Assembly (NCBI GenBank): GCA_963663545.1
Contig: OY760505.1
Span: forward strand, 1,440,001 to 1,504,000
Length of the DNA stretch: 64,000 nt
Reading direction: 5' to 3'
Source: Candidatus Delongbacteria bacterium
GTDB lineage: Bacteria; CAIWAD01
Shown here: positions 1 through 11,367 of the stretch, in pieces
Layout of the letters: every line of letters starts with the position of its first letter
Numbering within the stretch: position 1 is the first letter of the stretch
The notes under the pieces: model-generated
What the model saw: the letters and a program-made list of their open reading frames with translations, nothing else
The model's database searches: none
Told to the model about the DNA's origin: nothing
Position numbers and translations under genes: made by a program

Positions 1-432
1 GAGGATCAGGAACTGCGCGTCGACTACGATCGCAACGGAGCGATTCCGCACATTCACGATGCGCCCTGGCCGGGTTTCCCCGCCGACTTGAGCTCGATTG
101 CCGTTGTGCTGGCCTGCTGTGCTGAAGGCAGCGTGCTGATTCACGAATGGATGTTTGAAAGCCGCTTGTACTGGGTTGATTCCCTGATCTCGATGGGCGC
201 GCGTATCACGCAATGTGATCCACATCGTGTAGTCGTAGACGGCGGACGTCCGCTCTACTCTGCCACTCTCAGCAGCCCGGATATCCGTGCTGGCATGAGT
301 CTGCTTATCGCTGCACTGCGCGCCGAGGGCGTGACACGCATTCACAATGCCCAGCAGATTGACCGTGGTTACGAGCGCATCGACTTACGCCTGGCTGAAC
401 TGGGTGCTAAAGTGCAACGCGTGCGCGAGTAA
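1..432 (+). CDS. murA: UDP-N-acetylglucosamine 1-carboxyvinyltransferase, 3' part (truncated by window edge)
   Basis: Frame open from base 1; motifs [30 protein letters not shown] and [10 protein letters not shown] are typical of the MurA C-terminus. Confidence 0.93.
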   Translation, partial: EDQELRVDYDRNGAIPHIHDAPWPGFPADLSSIAVVLACCAEGSVLIHEWMFESRLYWVDSLISMGARITQCDPHRVVVDGGRPLYSATLSSPDIRAGMSLLIAALRAEGVTRIHNAQQIDRGYERIDLRLAELGAKVQRVRE

Positions 433-441
433 CTTCTCCGG

Positions 442-810
442 CTACAACTCGCCCAAAATCCGCTGCAAATCGCCGGGATGAAAGGGCTTCTGCAGACAGG
501 CGTCAATATGCGGCGCATCAGCACGTGAAGCCACATCTGGACGCCCCTCACCGCTTACCAGCACGCAGCCGACATCAGGGTAGCTAGCACGCACGGCGCG
601 AATGGTCTCGATGCCGTTGATGCCACGCATATTCATGTCGACCATCATGGCACCATAGCAGCAATCCCTGCGCTGCAGGATCTCCAGCGCTTCTTCACCG
701 CTCGTGGCGACATCGACCTGATAGCCAGCACGCCGCAGACTGAGCACGGCCACCCGACAGATGGCTTCGTCGTCGTCGACAAACAGAACGCGCTTTCGTG
801 CGAAATCCAC
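442..810 (-). CDS. Single-domain response regulator (CheY-like receiver)
   Basis: VLFVDDDE, phosphoacceptor region VDMNMRGING, SG and KPF motifs. Confidence 0.88.
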   Translation of the reverse strand: MDFARKRVLFVDDDEAICRVAVLSLRRAGYQVDVATSGEEALEILQRRDCCYGAMMVDMNMRGINGIETIRAVRASYPDVGCVLVSGEGRPDVASRADAPHIDACLQKPFHPGDLQRILGEL

Positions 811-831
811 ACTGCCTCCCTTGGCTGAAAG

Positions 832-859
832 AACCCCGACGGCACAAGCCGCCGGGGTT
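832..859 (-). terminator. Hairpin, likely intrinsic terminator after the DUF481-like gene
   Basis: Near-perfect inverted repeat aaccccgacggc-acaa-gccgccggggtt. Confidence 0.55.
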
Positions 860-907
860 GGTTTTCTCGCCGTCTACTCAAGTATGCAGTGCAAGCAGGC
901 GGGTCAA

Positions 908-1714
908 CTAGAAGTTGAACACGAGCGAAGTAGACAACACTGTATCGGTTTTGTCGTATTCAAAAATCACATCCGGAAAGTTCTCTGCGCTGTAGACCTC
1001 TAAGACCGGCGTATTATCGAATTTGAGCGCATAGCTGATTTTCAACGCCAGATTGGCGTGCAGGCTGGCGGTGAGGCTGGTGATCCAGTTGATGCGATAG
1101 TCTTCGCTGTCTTCGAAGTTGCTAAGGAACTCAAGCTCCGAGCTCAACTTCGCGGTTTCGGTCAGAGTGCGATCGTAGTTGGTGAAGGCACGCAGGAAGC
1201 TGGCTCCATCGGATTCGCCATCGACCGGCGTTTCATCGGTATAGGTATAACCAAGCTCCAGAGCCGCCGTCTGCAGCTCCTGCTCCAGATAGGTGTAGCC
1301 AAAACCAGCACCGAAGCTCAGGCGACGATCCAGACCGGCCAGTTTGTCCTGCTCCCAACCCGCGCTGGTGTACCAGGTAGCTTGGCCAATAACTTTGCCA
1401 CGCAAAGTAGCCGCCAGGCGATAGTTCTCTGCTGTCTTCTTGGATGACTCCGGCACACGAAGCGTGCCATTGTCATTATAGGGAGCGCGCTCCGTGGTCT
1501 TTGTACGTAGGACGCCTGCATCCACAGTCAGGTTTGTGACACCCAACTTAAGCTTCAGCTTGTCGCTTAGCGAAAGGTTGCTGGTCTGCGTGTTACCGCT
1601 GGTCTGCACCCAGCTCAAATCGGCCACGTTGCTCCAACTGCGGGCCTCCTCGGCCTGCAGAGCCGCTGTCACCGCCAGGCTTGCACAAACCAGTGCCAGT
1701 GTATACTTCATCAT
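908..1714 (-). CDS. DUF481/YdiY-like outer-membrane beta-barrel protein
   Basis: Signal peptide, TSGNTQT motif, alternating beta-strand pattern, C-terminal Phe. Confidence 0.75.
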   Translation of the reverse strand: MMKYTLALVCASLAVTAALQAEEARSWSNVADLSWVQTSGNTQTSNLSLSDKLKLKLGVTNLTVDAGVLRTKTTERAPYNDNGTLRVPESSKKTAENYRLAATLRGKVIGQATWYTSAGWEQDKLAGLDRRLSFGAGFGYTYLEQELQTAALELGYTYTDETPVDGESDGASFLRAFTNYDRTLTETAKLSSELEFLSNFEDSEDYRINWITSLTASLHANLALKISYALKFDNTPVLEVYSAENFPDVIFEYDKTDTVLSTSLVFNF

Positions 1715-1788
1715 GACTCCTTGTGTTACAACTCAATCCTGTCTACGGCGTAGTTGCAGCACCGCGTTTGTATCACGTCTGCCGAAAC

Positions 1789-2628
1789 TCAGCCCGCGTT
1801 CTTGTCCAGATGAACCTCCATCTGCGGAAAGGGAATGCCAATGCCAGCCTCGTCGAGATCCAACTTGATCTGACGCGTGAGCGCTTCCTTGACGCCCCAG
1901 AAATCGCCCGTGTTACACCACACGCGTACCTGCCAGTTGACGCTGGAATCCCCGAGATCCGTCAGCACCGCCACGGGGGCCGGATCGAGTAGTAGCCCGG
2001 AAACCTTGCCCGCAGCAGCAAGCAACACTTCGCGAGTTCGGTCGACAGAAGCACTGTATTCAACGCCTACATCTACGCCCACACGGCGCGTGGGATGCCA
2101 GGTTACATTCTCGATCGTGTTACCGAAAACGCTGCTGTTGGGCAGAATCAGGCGCCGGTTGTCGGGAGTGTCCAGTGTAGTGGTAAACAGGTCGATGGTG
2201 AACACCGAACCCACATTGCCACCGACGCTGATCACATCACCCACCTTGAAGGGGCGGAACACCAACAGCATGATTCCTGCGGAAAAGCTGCTAAGCGTAC
2301 CCTGAAAGGCAAGACCTACGGCCAGGCCCGCACTGGCCAGCACGGCGGCAAAGCTTGTGGTCTCAATGCCAAAGATGCGCAGGCAGGAAACGATAGCCAG
2401 CACCATGATGCCAACACGAATCAACCCACCCACGAAGCGTGCGACGGTAGGATCGCTCTTCTTCTCGATTCCACGCTGAGCCATCTTGCCCAGGCGACCT
2501 GCGATCCACTTCGCCAACAGTAGAAACACCAACACGCCGATCAGGCGCATGCTGAATTGCGTCACCGTAGTAACGATACCGGTTGTATTCAGAACAAAAC
2601 TGCCGATCTGCAGACTGTCTGGCTGCAT
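1789..2628 (-). CDS. mscS: Small-conductance mechanosensitive channel MscS family
   Basis: AGLAVGLAFQGTLS...FRPFKVGD and AGIGIPFPQ motifs. Confidence 0.92.
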   Translation of the reverse strand: MQPDSLQIGSFVLNTTGIVTTVTQFSMRLIGVLVFLLLAKWIAGRLGKMAQRGIEKKSDPTVARFVGGLIRVGIMVLAIVSCLRIFGIETTSFAAVLASAGLAVGLAFQGTLSSFSAGIMLLVFRPFKVGDVISVGGNVGSVFTIDLFTTTLDTPDNRRLILPNSSVFGNTIENVTWHPTRRVGVDVGVEYSASVDRTREVLLAAAGKVSGLLLDPAPVAVLTDLGDSSVNWQVRVWCNTGDFWGVKEALTRQIKLDLDEAGIGIPFPQMEVHLDKNAG

Positions 2629-2795
2629 TTTCTCCTCCTGTTCCCTGTCTTCCCGCGCTGAATCCTGAAGGATTTAGTCACGCCAAGGCTTGATGCTAAC
2701 AAATATTCATCACTCATCACATAGTCTGTTTGGCGAAGCGAAGTCGCTTTTCCAAGGCGCTGATGTTCTACCTTTCAGAAAACACGGGGGAGAAC

Positions 2796-4640
2796 ATGAA
2801 TGCAATAGGAATTCTCTTTCTGTTTATCGCTGCGCTTCCGCTGTGGGCAGAAAACACACATCTGGCGCATTTCGCGTGGCGGGGTGATGCCGAGGATGTG
2901 CGTATTACGGGAAGCTTCCTCTCTTGGTCACCCGAAGGTCTGCCGCTTGATCACGGCGACTCTTCCTGGACACTGGACCTGCCCCTTGAAGCAGGTTGGT
3001 ACTACTACAAGCTGATCCTTGATGGCGAGTGGATTACAGATCCTGCCTGCAGCCTACGTGTTGCCGATGGACATGAAGGCTGGAACAGCGTGATACAAGT
3101 CGGCACGCCGTTGCCACCTCGAAGAATGGAATCACCGGAACCAGCACCGCTACGCGTTCTTCCGCATCCCGTTTTAGAAGACCACGCTGAATGGGTGCGC
3201 TTGTATTACACCGCATGGCGAATGGCATGGAATCATCTGGCTACTGGTGATACAAGTCTGGCCTTTGCGCCACTCTACATGGATGAAGGCTTTAACGAGC
3301 TGATATTCCAGTGGGACAGCTGTTTCATGAGCGCTTTTGCCGTTTACGGACGTGAGATGCTTCCACCGATGGCAGCGCTGGACAACTTCTATGCCCGTCA
3401 GCGCAAGGACGGATACATCCAACGCGTGTATCACGAAGATGATGGACGCGAAGTCATGGAGCCAAGTGAAGCGGAACCAATGGTTAATCCGCCGCTGTTT
3501 GCCTGGATAGAATGGCGGTGGTTCCGTATCACAGGAGATCGTTCGCGCCTTTCTCGCGTGCTTCCGATACTGGACCAATACTACCGCTGGATCGAGAGCA
3601 ACATGCGAACCAGTGCCGGCAGAGGTTTGTATTACAACACCGAGCTGGGCAGCGGAATGGACAATGTACCCCGCCAGTCCTGTGAGCTTGCCGGTTGGGT
3701 AGATATGTCCGCTCAACAGGCGTTGGCTGCTCATTGCATCACGCAAATCGCTGAGGAATTGGGAGCAGCCACATTGGCCAACGCATACGAGCTTCGACAT
3801 CGTGAGCTTGAGCAGCTGATCAACAAGCTGTGCTGGGATGACCGTGATAACATGTATCACGATGTTCGCGTAGACGGTGCGCTTTCACCAACGCGGCACG
3901 TGGGCTCTTTGTGGACACTGTTGGCTGGAATAGCTGCAAAAGAACGACTAGAGCATTTGTGCGATGCTCTCCGTGATACAACCCGTTTTGCTCGAATTCA
4001 CCCTGTGCCGTCCTTGTCAGCTGATGATCCCGATTACAACCCGCAGGGAGAGTACTGGCGTGGTGGGGTGTGGGCACCGACAAACTACATGGTGATACAA
4101 GGCTTGATGCAATACGGTGAGTACGGTCTGGCCCACAGAATTGCCTGTGCTCATGTCTCGGCACTGGCCGAAATCTATCAGCGCGGTATTTCTGACGAGA
4201 ACCGGGCCGCCTTTGAGCAACGCTATGCGGATGGCTATCACACACTCTGGGAGTGTTACGCGCCGGACGCTCTAACTCCCGGCACGCGATGGGACGACAC
4301 CTTCTATGGTCGTCAGGACTTTGTCGGCTGGAGCGGCCTTGGCCCTATCGCCATGTTGATCGAATCCATCCTGGGGTTTGAACTGGACGTCCCCGCCAAT
4401 CGTATCACATGGCATTTGCAGGAACCTGGACGCCACGGTATTGAGTCGCTTGGCTTCGGGCAGCAGAAAGTGAGTTTGCTTAGCGGCCCCGTTCACGCAG
4501 GAGCAAGGGAGATTCAGATTGATTGCGAAGCACAATTCCTACTGGTGTTAGTACTCCCGGACGGCGACGTGCGTAGTCGGGAGATCAGCAGCGGCCACAG
4601 TGAATTCAGCTTGAACTGGCCTCACAGTTCCATATGGTAA
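2796..4640 (+). CDS. Secreted glycoside hydrolase: N-terminal CBM48/AMPK-beta-like glycogen-binding domain plus GH63/trehalase-like (alpha/alpha)6 domain
   Basis: ATG 2796 after GGAG, signal peptide; VRITGSFLSW...YYYKLILDGEWITDP; FQWDSCF, SGMDN, YWRGGVWAPTNY, LWECYAP, DFVGWS. Confidence 0.78.
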   Translation: MNAIGILFLFIAALPLWAENTHLAHFAWRGDAEDVRITGSFLSWSPEGLPLDHGDSSWTLDLPLEAGWYYYKLILDGEWITDPACSLRVADGHEGWNSVIQVGTPLPPRRMESPEPAPLRVLPHPVLEDHAEWVRLYYTAWRMAWNHLATGDTSLAFAPLYMDEGFNELIFQWDSCFMSAFAVYGREMLPPMAALDNFYARQRKDGYIQRVYHEDDGREVMEPSEAEPMVNPPLFAWIEWRWFRITGDRSRLSRVLPILDQYYRWIESNMRTSAGRGLYYNTELGSGMDNVPRQSCELAGWVDMSAQQALAAHCITQIAEELGAATLANAYELRHRELEQLINKLCWDDRDNMYHDVRVDGALSPTRHVGSLWTLLAGIAAKERLEHLCDALRDTTRFARIHPVPSLSADDPDYNPQGEYWRGGVWAPTNYMVIQGLMQYGEYGLAHRIACAHVSALAEIYQRGISDENRAAFEQRYADGYHTLWECYAPDALTPGTRWDDTFYGRQDFVGWSGLGPIAMLIESILGFELDVPANRITWHLQEPGRHGIESLGFGQQKVSLLSGPVHAGAREIQIDCEAQFLLVLVLPDGDVRSREISSGHSEFSLNWPHSSIW

Positions 4641-4671
4641 AGCCGAAGTCAGGCTGGCCTGACCTCGGCTT
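4639..4671. terminator. Hairpin between convergent genes
   Basis: aagccgaagtcagg-ctgg-cctgacctcggctt imperfect inverted repeat. Confidence 0.45.
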
Positions 4672-4700
4672 CACTCATCGAATTCAGAAAGCTCTGCCGA

Positions 4701-5681
4701 TCAGATCTTCTCAATGGTCAAGTAGACCAGAGTCTGATTCAGCAGCTGATAAGCTACTTCGCCAAAGGTGACAGGTCCGCCCAACGGCAGCTTCCGGCCT
4801 TCCAGCTCTCCATAGAGATAGTTGAGAATGCAATTGCAGGAGAAGGCGACAGAAGTGGGTCCAACCGGCATTGCACGTCCCAATTCTTCCACATAGTCTC
4901 CGACACTGGCCGCCAGACGGTACTCCACTCCAGCAAACACCGGGGCATAGAAGGTCACTTCACCTTGAGAAGGAACTTCCTGGTGGCTGACGTTGATCAT
5001 GGCACCGCCGTAATTTGCCACCAGTGGAAGACGTGTGTCAAGATTGTGGTCGTGATACCAGGGCGCCAAAGGCTGCCGCACACCATCGATAACAGCCTCG
5101 GTAGCCGAAAAGCCCGTCTCCTCGAAGCGCAGAACAGGTCCATCGCCTTGGTGAAACAGATTGATGATGTTCACGCTTGCGGAGTATTCATCCGGCAAGC
5201 CTAAATGCATCACGATCGCCTTGTCCTCAAAGACCTCGCCTGTGGATCCGTTAAAGGTCTTCGGCATCACTTTGCCCAGATCTGCAAGGAAAACACCGGC
5301 GACCCATCCAGCCAGCGGAGTCAAAAAGATTCCGTCAATTTCGGGTGCTCCCTGCGCAAAGGCGAGATGCACCTTGCTGCCCGCTGGCAGAATGATCAGG
5401 CTGAATCCATTGTCAAAATTGTTCTGGGGTAGCTGCTTCAACTCGCCAGCTGTGTATGCAACAACGCGGGTTTTGTTTACCTGCTCCGGCATTTCTGTGA
5501 CGTAAAGCCTGTCGCGGCTGCAAACGCCACCTTCGCTATCCATGAAGTAGGGTATCGTACCACCGATCCACTCTCCCTTGGGTAGCTGTCGCAGCAACTG
5601 CTCTTCGCCAGCGATGTGCAAGCGCTTGCCGGCATTGATGAGTTCCTGTACTGCAGCCAGTTCTATCAGATTGGTTTTCAT
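4701..5681 (-). CDS. DUF6976-like (FIST-related) protein
   Basis: WIGGTIPYFM, FSCNCILNYLYGELEG and GPVTFGEVAYQLLNQT motifs recalled from this family. Confidence 0.65.
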   Translation of the reverse strand: MKTNLIELAAVQELINAGKRLHIAGEEQLLRQLPKGEWIGGTIPYFMDSEGGVCSRDRLYVTEMPEQVNKTRVVAYTAGELKQLPQNNFDNGFSLIILPAGSKVHLAFAQGAPEIDGIFLTPLAGWVAGVFLADLGKVMPKTFNGSTGEVFEDKAIVMHLGLPDEYSASVNIINLFHQGDGPVLRFEETGFSATEAVIDGVRQPLAPWYHDHNLDTRLPLVANYGGAMINVSHQEVPSQGEVTFYAPVFAGVEYRLAASVGDYVEELGRAMPVGPTSVAFSCNCILNYLYGELEGRKLPLGGPVTFGEVAYQLLNQTLVYLTIEKI

Positions 5682-5690
5682 AAGTCTCCC

Positions 5691-5915
5691 CTAGGAAAAA
5701 AGCGCGGCGATTTCTGTCTGTAGACGGTGCTCGTTCTTCTCAAAGAGCGCGTGCACTTCGGTCGCAAATTTGGCCATAGTAGCCGCGGAATCATCCAGGC
5801 GCAATCCCAGCTGGGCGCGCTGCAGCAGTAGTTTCAAGGCGAGGAATTCCGTAGATACCGAGATTTGCCCTTTGGCAAGACCGGCCCAACGTGTATCAGA
5901 TGAGGGCGGGATCAT
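5691..5915 (-). CDS. Small hypothetical protein co-oriented directly upstream of the DUF6976-like gene
   Basis: 74 aa ORF, GGAGG RBS, 9 bp gap to the next gene. Confidence 0.65.
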   Translation of the reverse strand: MIPPSSDTRWAGLAKGQISVSTEFLALKLLLQRAQLGLRLDDSAATMAKFATEVHALFEKNEHRLQTEIAALFS

Positions 5916-6080
5916 GTATCCTCCAATTTGTTCGCAAACCTAGGCTGCTCATCGGAATAATAACGAACCTCTTTCAGTGGGAAGGGAAAGAAAACCACAG
6001 ATGGATCACATAAAACGAAGCCCTGCCGCAAAACAGTGCTGCTCGCTGCAGGGGCTTGGAGTTCTGGCTGTAGAAGCGGA

Positions 6081-7562
<1,482 letters not shown>

Positions 7563-7629
7563 TTAAGGTAGCGGTTGGCGGCAATTAATGCTGGACGAGG
7601 GGTTGTATCACATCGGTTGAGTCGCGAGT

Positions 7630-8169
7630 TCAGGCGTGAACGCGCTCCACCATTCGCTTCAGCAGTTTGACTTCCTGCGGCGTGCAAACCGTCAGCAAAC
7701 GCACGTGTGACTCAACCTGGTGCAGTCGCGCCAGCACATTGGGACGCACATTCTCCTGAAATTTCCAGATCCAGCGGATGAACTCCCAGTCCACACGTTC
7801 AGGGCAGCCTTCGCAAAGGTCTGGCCGTGTGCGCCCCATGTACTTGACCAGCCTTTTGACAATGTTGTAGAGACAGCGCCAGCGGGAGAAATCCATAAAA
7901 ATCACTGTATCACAAGCCGCTAAGCGTGATCCAAGAGTGGAAGCAAAGTTGCCATCAATGATCCATCGCTGCTGTGATACAGCACTTTCGTGCAGGCTGA
8001 TCCACTCCTCGTGCGGAGCCTTTACCCAGCCCGGACGCCAGAATAGCTGATCCAGATGTATCACCGGCAAGTTGAGCTTCTCACCCAGCCAGCCTGCCAG
8101 CATGGATTTCCCGGATCCACCACAACCGATGATGATGATTCGCTCCACAACTCCTCCACTAGCGAACAC
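7630..8169 (-). CDS. Adenylate-kinase-like P-loop protein (FlaR/topology modulation family)
   Basis: IIGCGGSGKS, HLDQLFWRPGW, WIIDGN and EGCPER motifs; start uncertain. Confidence 0.8.
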   Translation of the reverse strand: MFASGGVVERIIIIGCGGSGKSMLAGWLGEKLNLPVIHLDQLFWRPGWVKAPHEEWISLHESAVSQQRWIIDGNFASTLGSRLAACDTVIFMDFSRWRCLYNIVKRLVKYMGRTRPDLCEGCPERVDWEFIRWIWKFQENVRPNVLARLHQVESHVRLLTVCTPQEVKLLKRMVERVHA

Positions 8170-9417
8170 TCAGTTTTTACTTTGCTCCAATTGTCTCAAA
8201 GCATAGACCCGATCCGGAAGTGGCGGGTGATCGTAATGCAATGCAACGTACAGTGGGTGTGGCGTCAAGGTGTTCAGATTGTTCACGGATAGCCGCTTCA
8301 GCGCAGAAATCATTGTCTCTGCATCACCGGTAAGCTCAGCCGCAAAACGATCTGCCTGAAACTCTTGTACACGATTCAGCCAGGTGATACAAAGGTGAAC
8401 CAGAACACCAAGCGGAGTATACAGCAGGCCAAAAACAAGTAGACCGGTATGTACGCCAGGCTGTGATACATAAAAGGCATCGAAAAGTGGCTTCCAATGC
8501 AGACACAAGGAAAGCAGGAAGAAGGTAAAACCAATGTTGAGCACGGTAAGGAGCATTCGGATGGGAATGTGTCCTTTCTTCCAGTGGCCGATCTCGTGAG
8601 CCAGCACTCCCAGCAACTCTCCAACGGGTGACTTCTCGACAATGGTGTCGAAGAGAGCAATGCGTCGCGTCTTGCCAAAGCCCGCCATGAAGGCATTGTT
8701 CTTGGTTGAGCGGCGTGATCCATCCATGACTTCCACACGCCCCACAGGGAAATTGCAGGCCTCGGCCATCGCCAGCAGACGGGTTCGCAACTCACCCTCC
8801 GGCATGGGCGTGAACTTGTTGAAAAGCGGCATGATCAGCATGGGGGCCAACACCATGAAGGCCACGAGGATGGCACTCACTCCCAACCAGGCCCACACCC
8901 AGCCCCACTGGCCGGTGCTATTGAAGAATCCGATCATGACCAACAGCAACAGCGTGGTAAGCAGCAGGCTCAATACAACGCCTTTGATGGTGTCCACGAT
9001 GAAAGTGCCCGGTGTTGTGCGATTGAAACCGAAACGTTCCTCTACACCGAAGGTGCTCCAGATCTCGAAGGGAATGCCGACAAGGCGTTTCCCCAACGAC
9101 AGCAGACCCAGATAGACCACGCCCAACAGAATATCGTTCTGTATCACAGCGCGCAGATAGTCATCCAGCCAACCAAACCATCCGCCAAACCAGAAGACAA
9201 GTAGAACAATCAGGTCGATGGTGCTTTCCCAGTGTGATACACGCTCCCGGGCAGCCTGATACTCGCGGGCGCGATCGTATTCCTCTTGGCTGTAAACATC
9301 ACCGAATCCCTCAGGCAGGGGCTGCTTGCTGCTGCGAGTGTTAAGCAAACTCGCCAGAAGCTCTAATAGAAAATGGCCTAGGGTGAACGCTAGTAGCACA
9401 AGTACAAGTATTGACAT
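8170..9417 (-). CDS. M48 family (Ste24-like) membrane zinc metalloprotease
   Basis: Multiple TM segments, MDGSRRS, HEIGH, EFQADRFA, YDHPP. Confidence 0.93.
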   Translation of the reverse strand: MSILVLVLLAFTLGHFLLELLASLLNTRSSKQPLPEGFGDVYSQEEYDRAREYQAARERVSHWESTIDLIVLLVFWFGGWFGWLDDYLRAVIQNDILLGVVYLGLLSLGKRLVGIPFEIWSTFGVEERFGFNRTTPGTFIVDTIKGVVLSLLLTTLLLLVMIGFFNSTGQWGWVWAWLGVSAILVAFMVLAPMLIMPLFNKFTPMPEGELRTRLLAMAEACNFPVGRVEVMDGSRRSTKNNAFMAGFGKTRRIALFDTIVEKSPVGELLGVLAHEIGHWKKGHIPIRMLLTVLNIGFTFFLLSLCLHWKPLFDAFYVSQPGVHTGLLVFGLLYTPLGVLVHLCITWLNRVQEFQADRFAAELTGDAETMISALKRLSVNNLNTLTPHPLYVALHYDHPPLPDRVYALRQLEQSKN

Positions 9418-9499
9418 TGCAGTCCTCCACAGTTCTCAGCAGGCGGGTGTTACCGACAATATAGAACTGCAAACTTAGCCGGTAAGTGAGAAAACCTGA

Positions 9500-10495
9500 T
9501 TATTGCGCCGACGTGCACTTGAGATCGGGACCTGGCCAGGCGGAGACAGCGTCTTCAAGCTCGTATTTCTCCAACAAGGTCCCCAGACTACGGCACCAGC
9601 CCAGACGACGACGATCACCATCGGGCTGAATCTCCACCAGACGATAATGCATGGTGTTGACGTGTTGCTGGACTAGCAGAAGGCCTCCGTCGCGTGATAC
9701 AGCAAGAATATCATTCCAGTGCATCACACCCTTGAAAACCGGGAGCCGCCAGTTCAGCCCGGGACGCTCGCCCGGAAGTTGAAGCCCACCCCGCAACAGG
9801 CTCTGTTCAAGAATGGCCTGTGCCAAGTTCGAATAATCACGTTGCAGCGGGCCGCCCTTGTGTACATGTGTACAGCAGGTCCGGTAGTTCTGGAAGAGGT
9901 CCTCATCGCTGAAGCCAACTTCGCCGCCTGCGTGTGCGCCTTCCGCGTTGTAGTAGCTGAACTTGAGGGCTTCATCGAAAAAAGGAGAGTAGTAGTTGGT
10001 GATCCACGCGCCTTTGGGCAGACACCGCTGTTCGAGAGTACTATCGCATGTAATGGCGGCTCCCATGAAGTACACGCCCAGCACTTGATGCAGCTCCTGC
10101 GGGCACAACGCTAGCGCGCGTGATACAACGCGACATCCCAGACTGTAGGAGGTCAGAACGTAGGGAGTGCCTGCTTCCTCAAGGGGCAGGATAACCTCGT
10201 TCAGCAACTCTTCGCCCGCCTCCCATGCGCGCTCCTTGGCACATGTCCACTGGTATGTAACACGCGAAAGGTCGAAGTGGACGGAGTCGTAGCGAAACGT
10301 GTAGACCTGCGCATTCAGAGCCTTGTCGGCAAGAGCACTGCGCAAGGCGCCTTCAAACGGAACGACTTCCTTCATTTCCGCAAAGCCGTGCACATAGATG
10401 AAGAGTACATCTGCCTGCAGCAGGCTGTCCGCCAATGAAGACGAAGCCCTACCCGCAACCGTCAGCAGCAGTAGAACGAAGAACAGCAATCGCAC
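9500..10495 (-). CDS. Exported alpha/beta-hydrolase-fold protein (DUF726-like)
   Basis: Signal peptide, YVHGF oxyanion motif, SYSLG nucleophile elbow, MGAA. Confidence 0.6.
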   Translation of the reverse strand: MRLLFFVLLLLTVAGRASSSLADSLLQADVLFIYVHGFAEMKEVVPFEGALRSALADKALNAQVYTFRYDSVHFDLSRVTYQWTCAKERAWEAGEELLNEVILPLEEAGTPYVLTSYSLGCRVVSRALALCPQELHQVLGVYFMGAAITCDSTLEQRCLPKGAWITNYYSPFFDEALKFSYYNAEGAHAGGEVGFSDEDLFQNYRTCCTHVHKGGPLQRDYSNLAQAILEQSLLRGGLQLPGERPGLNWRLPVFKGVMHWNDILAVSRDGGLLLVQQHVNTMHYRLVEIQPDGDRRRLGWCRSLGTLLEKYELEDAVSAWPGPDLKCTSAQ

Positions 10496-10527
10496 GTGCT
10501 AATCCCAAGAGAAGATGCGCCTGCGAA

Positions 10528-11367
10528 CTAGTGGATCGGATTCAACATGCGCCAGAAGCGGATGGTCTTCCAGAACTCTTCCTTGATGGCCTTCTGATCA
10601 AAGCTGAAATAGATGATCCAGGCGCGACCGACAATGTTCTCGCGAGGCAGAAAGCCCCAATAGCGGCTATCTGCGCTGTTATCGCGGTTGTCACCCATGA
10701 CGAAAAACTCGCCTTCGGGAATCTGGAGCGGTCCGTACTGATCCTTGTTCCAGCCCTTGCCGCGCGGCCAGATCATGGCGTCCTGATAGTCTGCCGGCAA
10801 AATGCCATTCATCAGGAACTGCTGCCCCGGATAGGGCAGAAACTCTTCGCCATCCACAAACACCTGCTTATCGCGGATTTCGAGGGTCTGGCCCGGTCCC
10901 GCAACAATGCGCTTGATGTAATTCACCATAGGATCATTGGGATACTTGAATACGACAATGTCCCCCGGTTCGGGATCGTCAAAGGCGGGGAATTTGAAGG
11001 CGGGAATATCGAAACCGTAGCGCGTAAAGGGAATGCCAATCCAATCGGGCGTACGCACTCCGTAGACCATTTTGTTGACCAACAGGAAGTCGCCCACAAG
11101 CAGCGTCTTCTCCATTGAGCCGGTAGGAATGCGGTAGGCCTCGACCACCATGGCGCGAAAGAAGAACAGAAACAGAACAAGCGAACCGATGAACTCGATC
11201 CAGTAGCGCACGGGTCCCTTGCGCTCCCGCTTGGCCGCTTCCTTGGTCTTGCGCTGCTCGCGCTTTTTGCGCAGCCAGGCACGATAGGCGGTCGGCAACA
11301 GGGGATTGTCGGTGCCCAAATACATCCATAGTGCAATCAGTACGAGGATCGTGATCTTGGTAATCAT
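10528..11367 (-). CDS. lepB: Signal peptidase I
   Basis: IPTGSME, YIKRIV and [15 protein letters not shown] boxes; follows lepA. Confidence 0.96.
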   Translation of the reverse strand: MITKITILVLIALWMYLGTDNPLLPTAYRAWLRKKREQRKTKEAAKRERKGPVRYWIEFIGSLVLFLFFFRAMVVEAYRIPTGSMEKTLLVGDFLLVNKMVYGVRTPDWIGIPFTRYGFDIPAFKFPAFDDPEPGDIVVFKYPNDPMVNYIKRIVAGPGQTLEIRDKQVFVDGEEFLPYPGQQFLMNGILPADYQDAMIWPRGKGWNKDQYGPLQIPEGEFFVMGDNRDNSADSRYWGFLPRENIVGRAWIIYFSFDQKAIKEEFWKTIRFWRMLNPIH

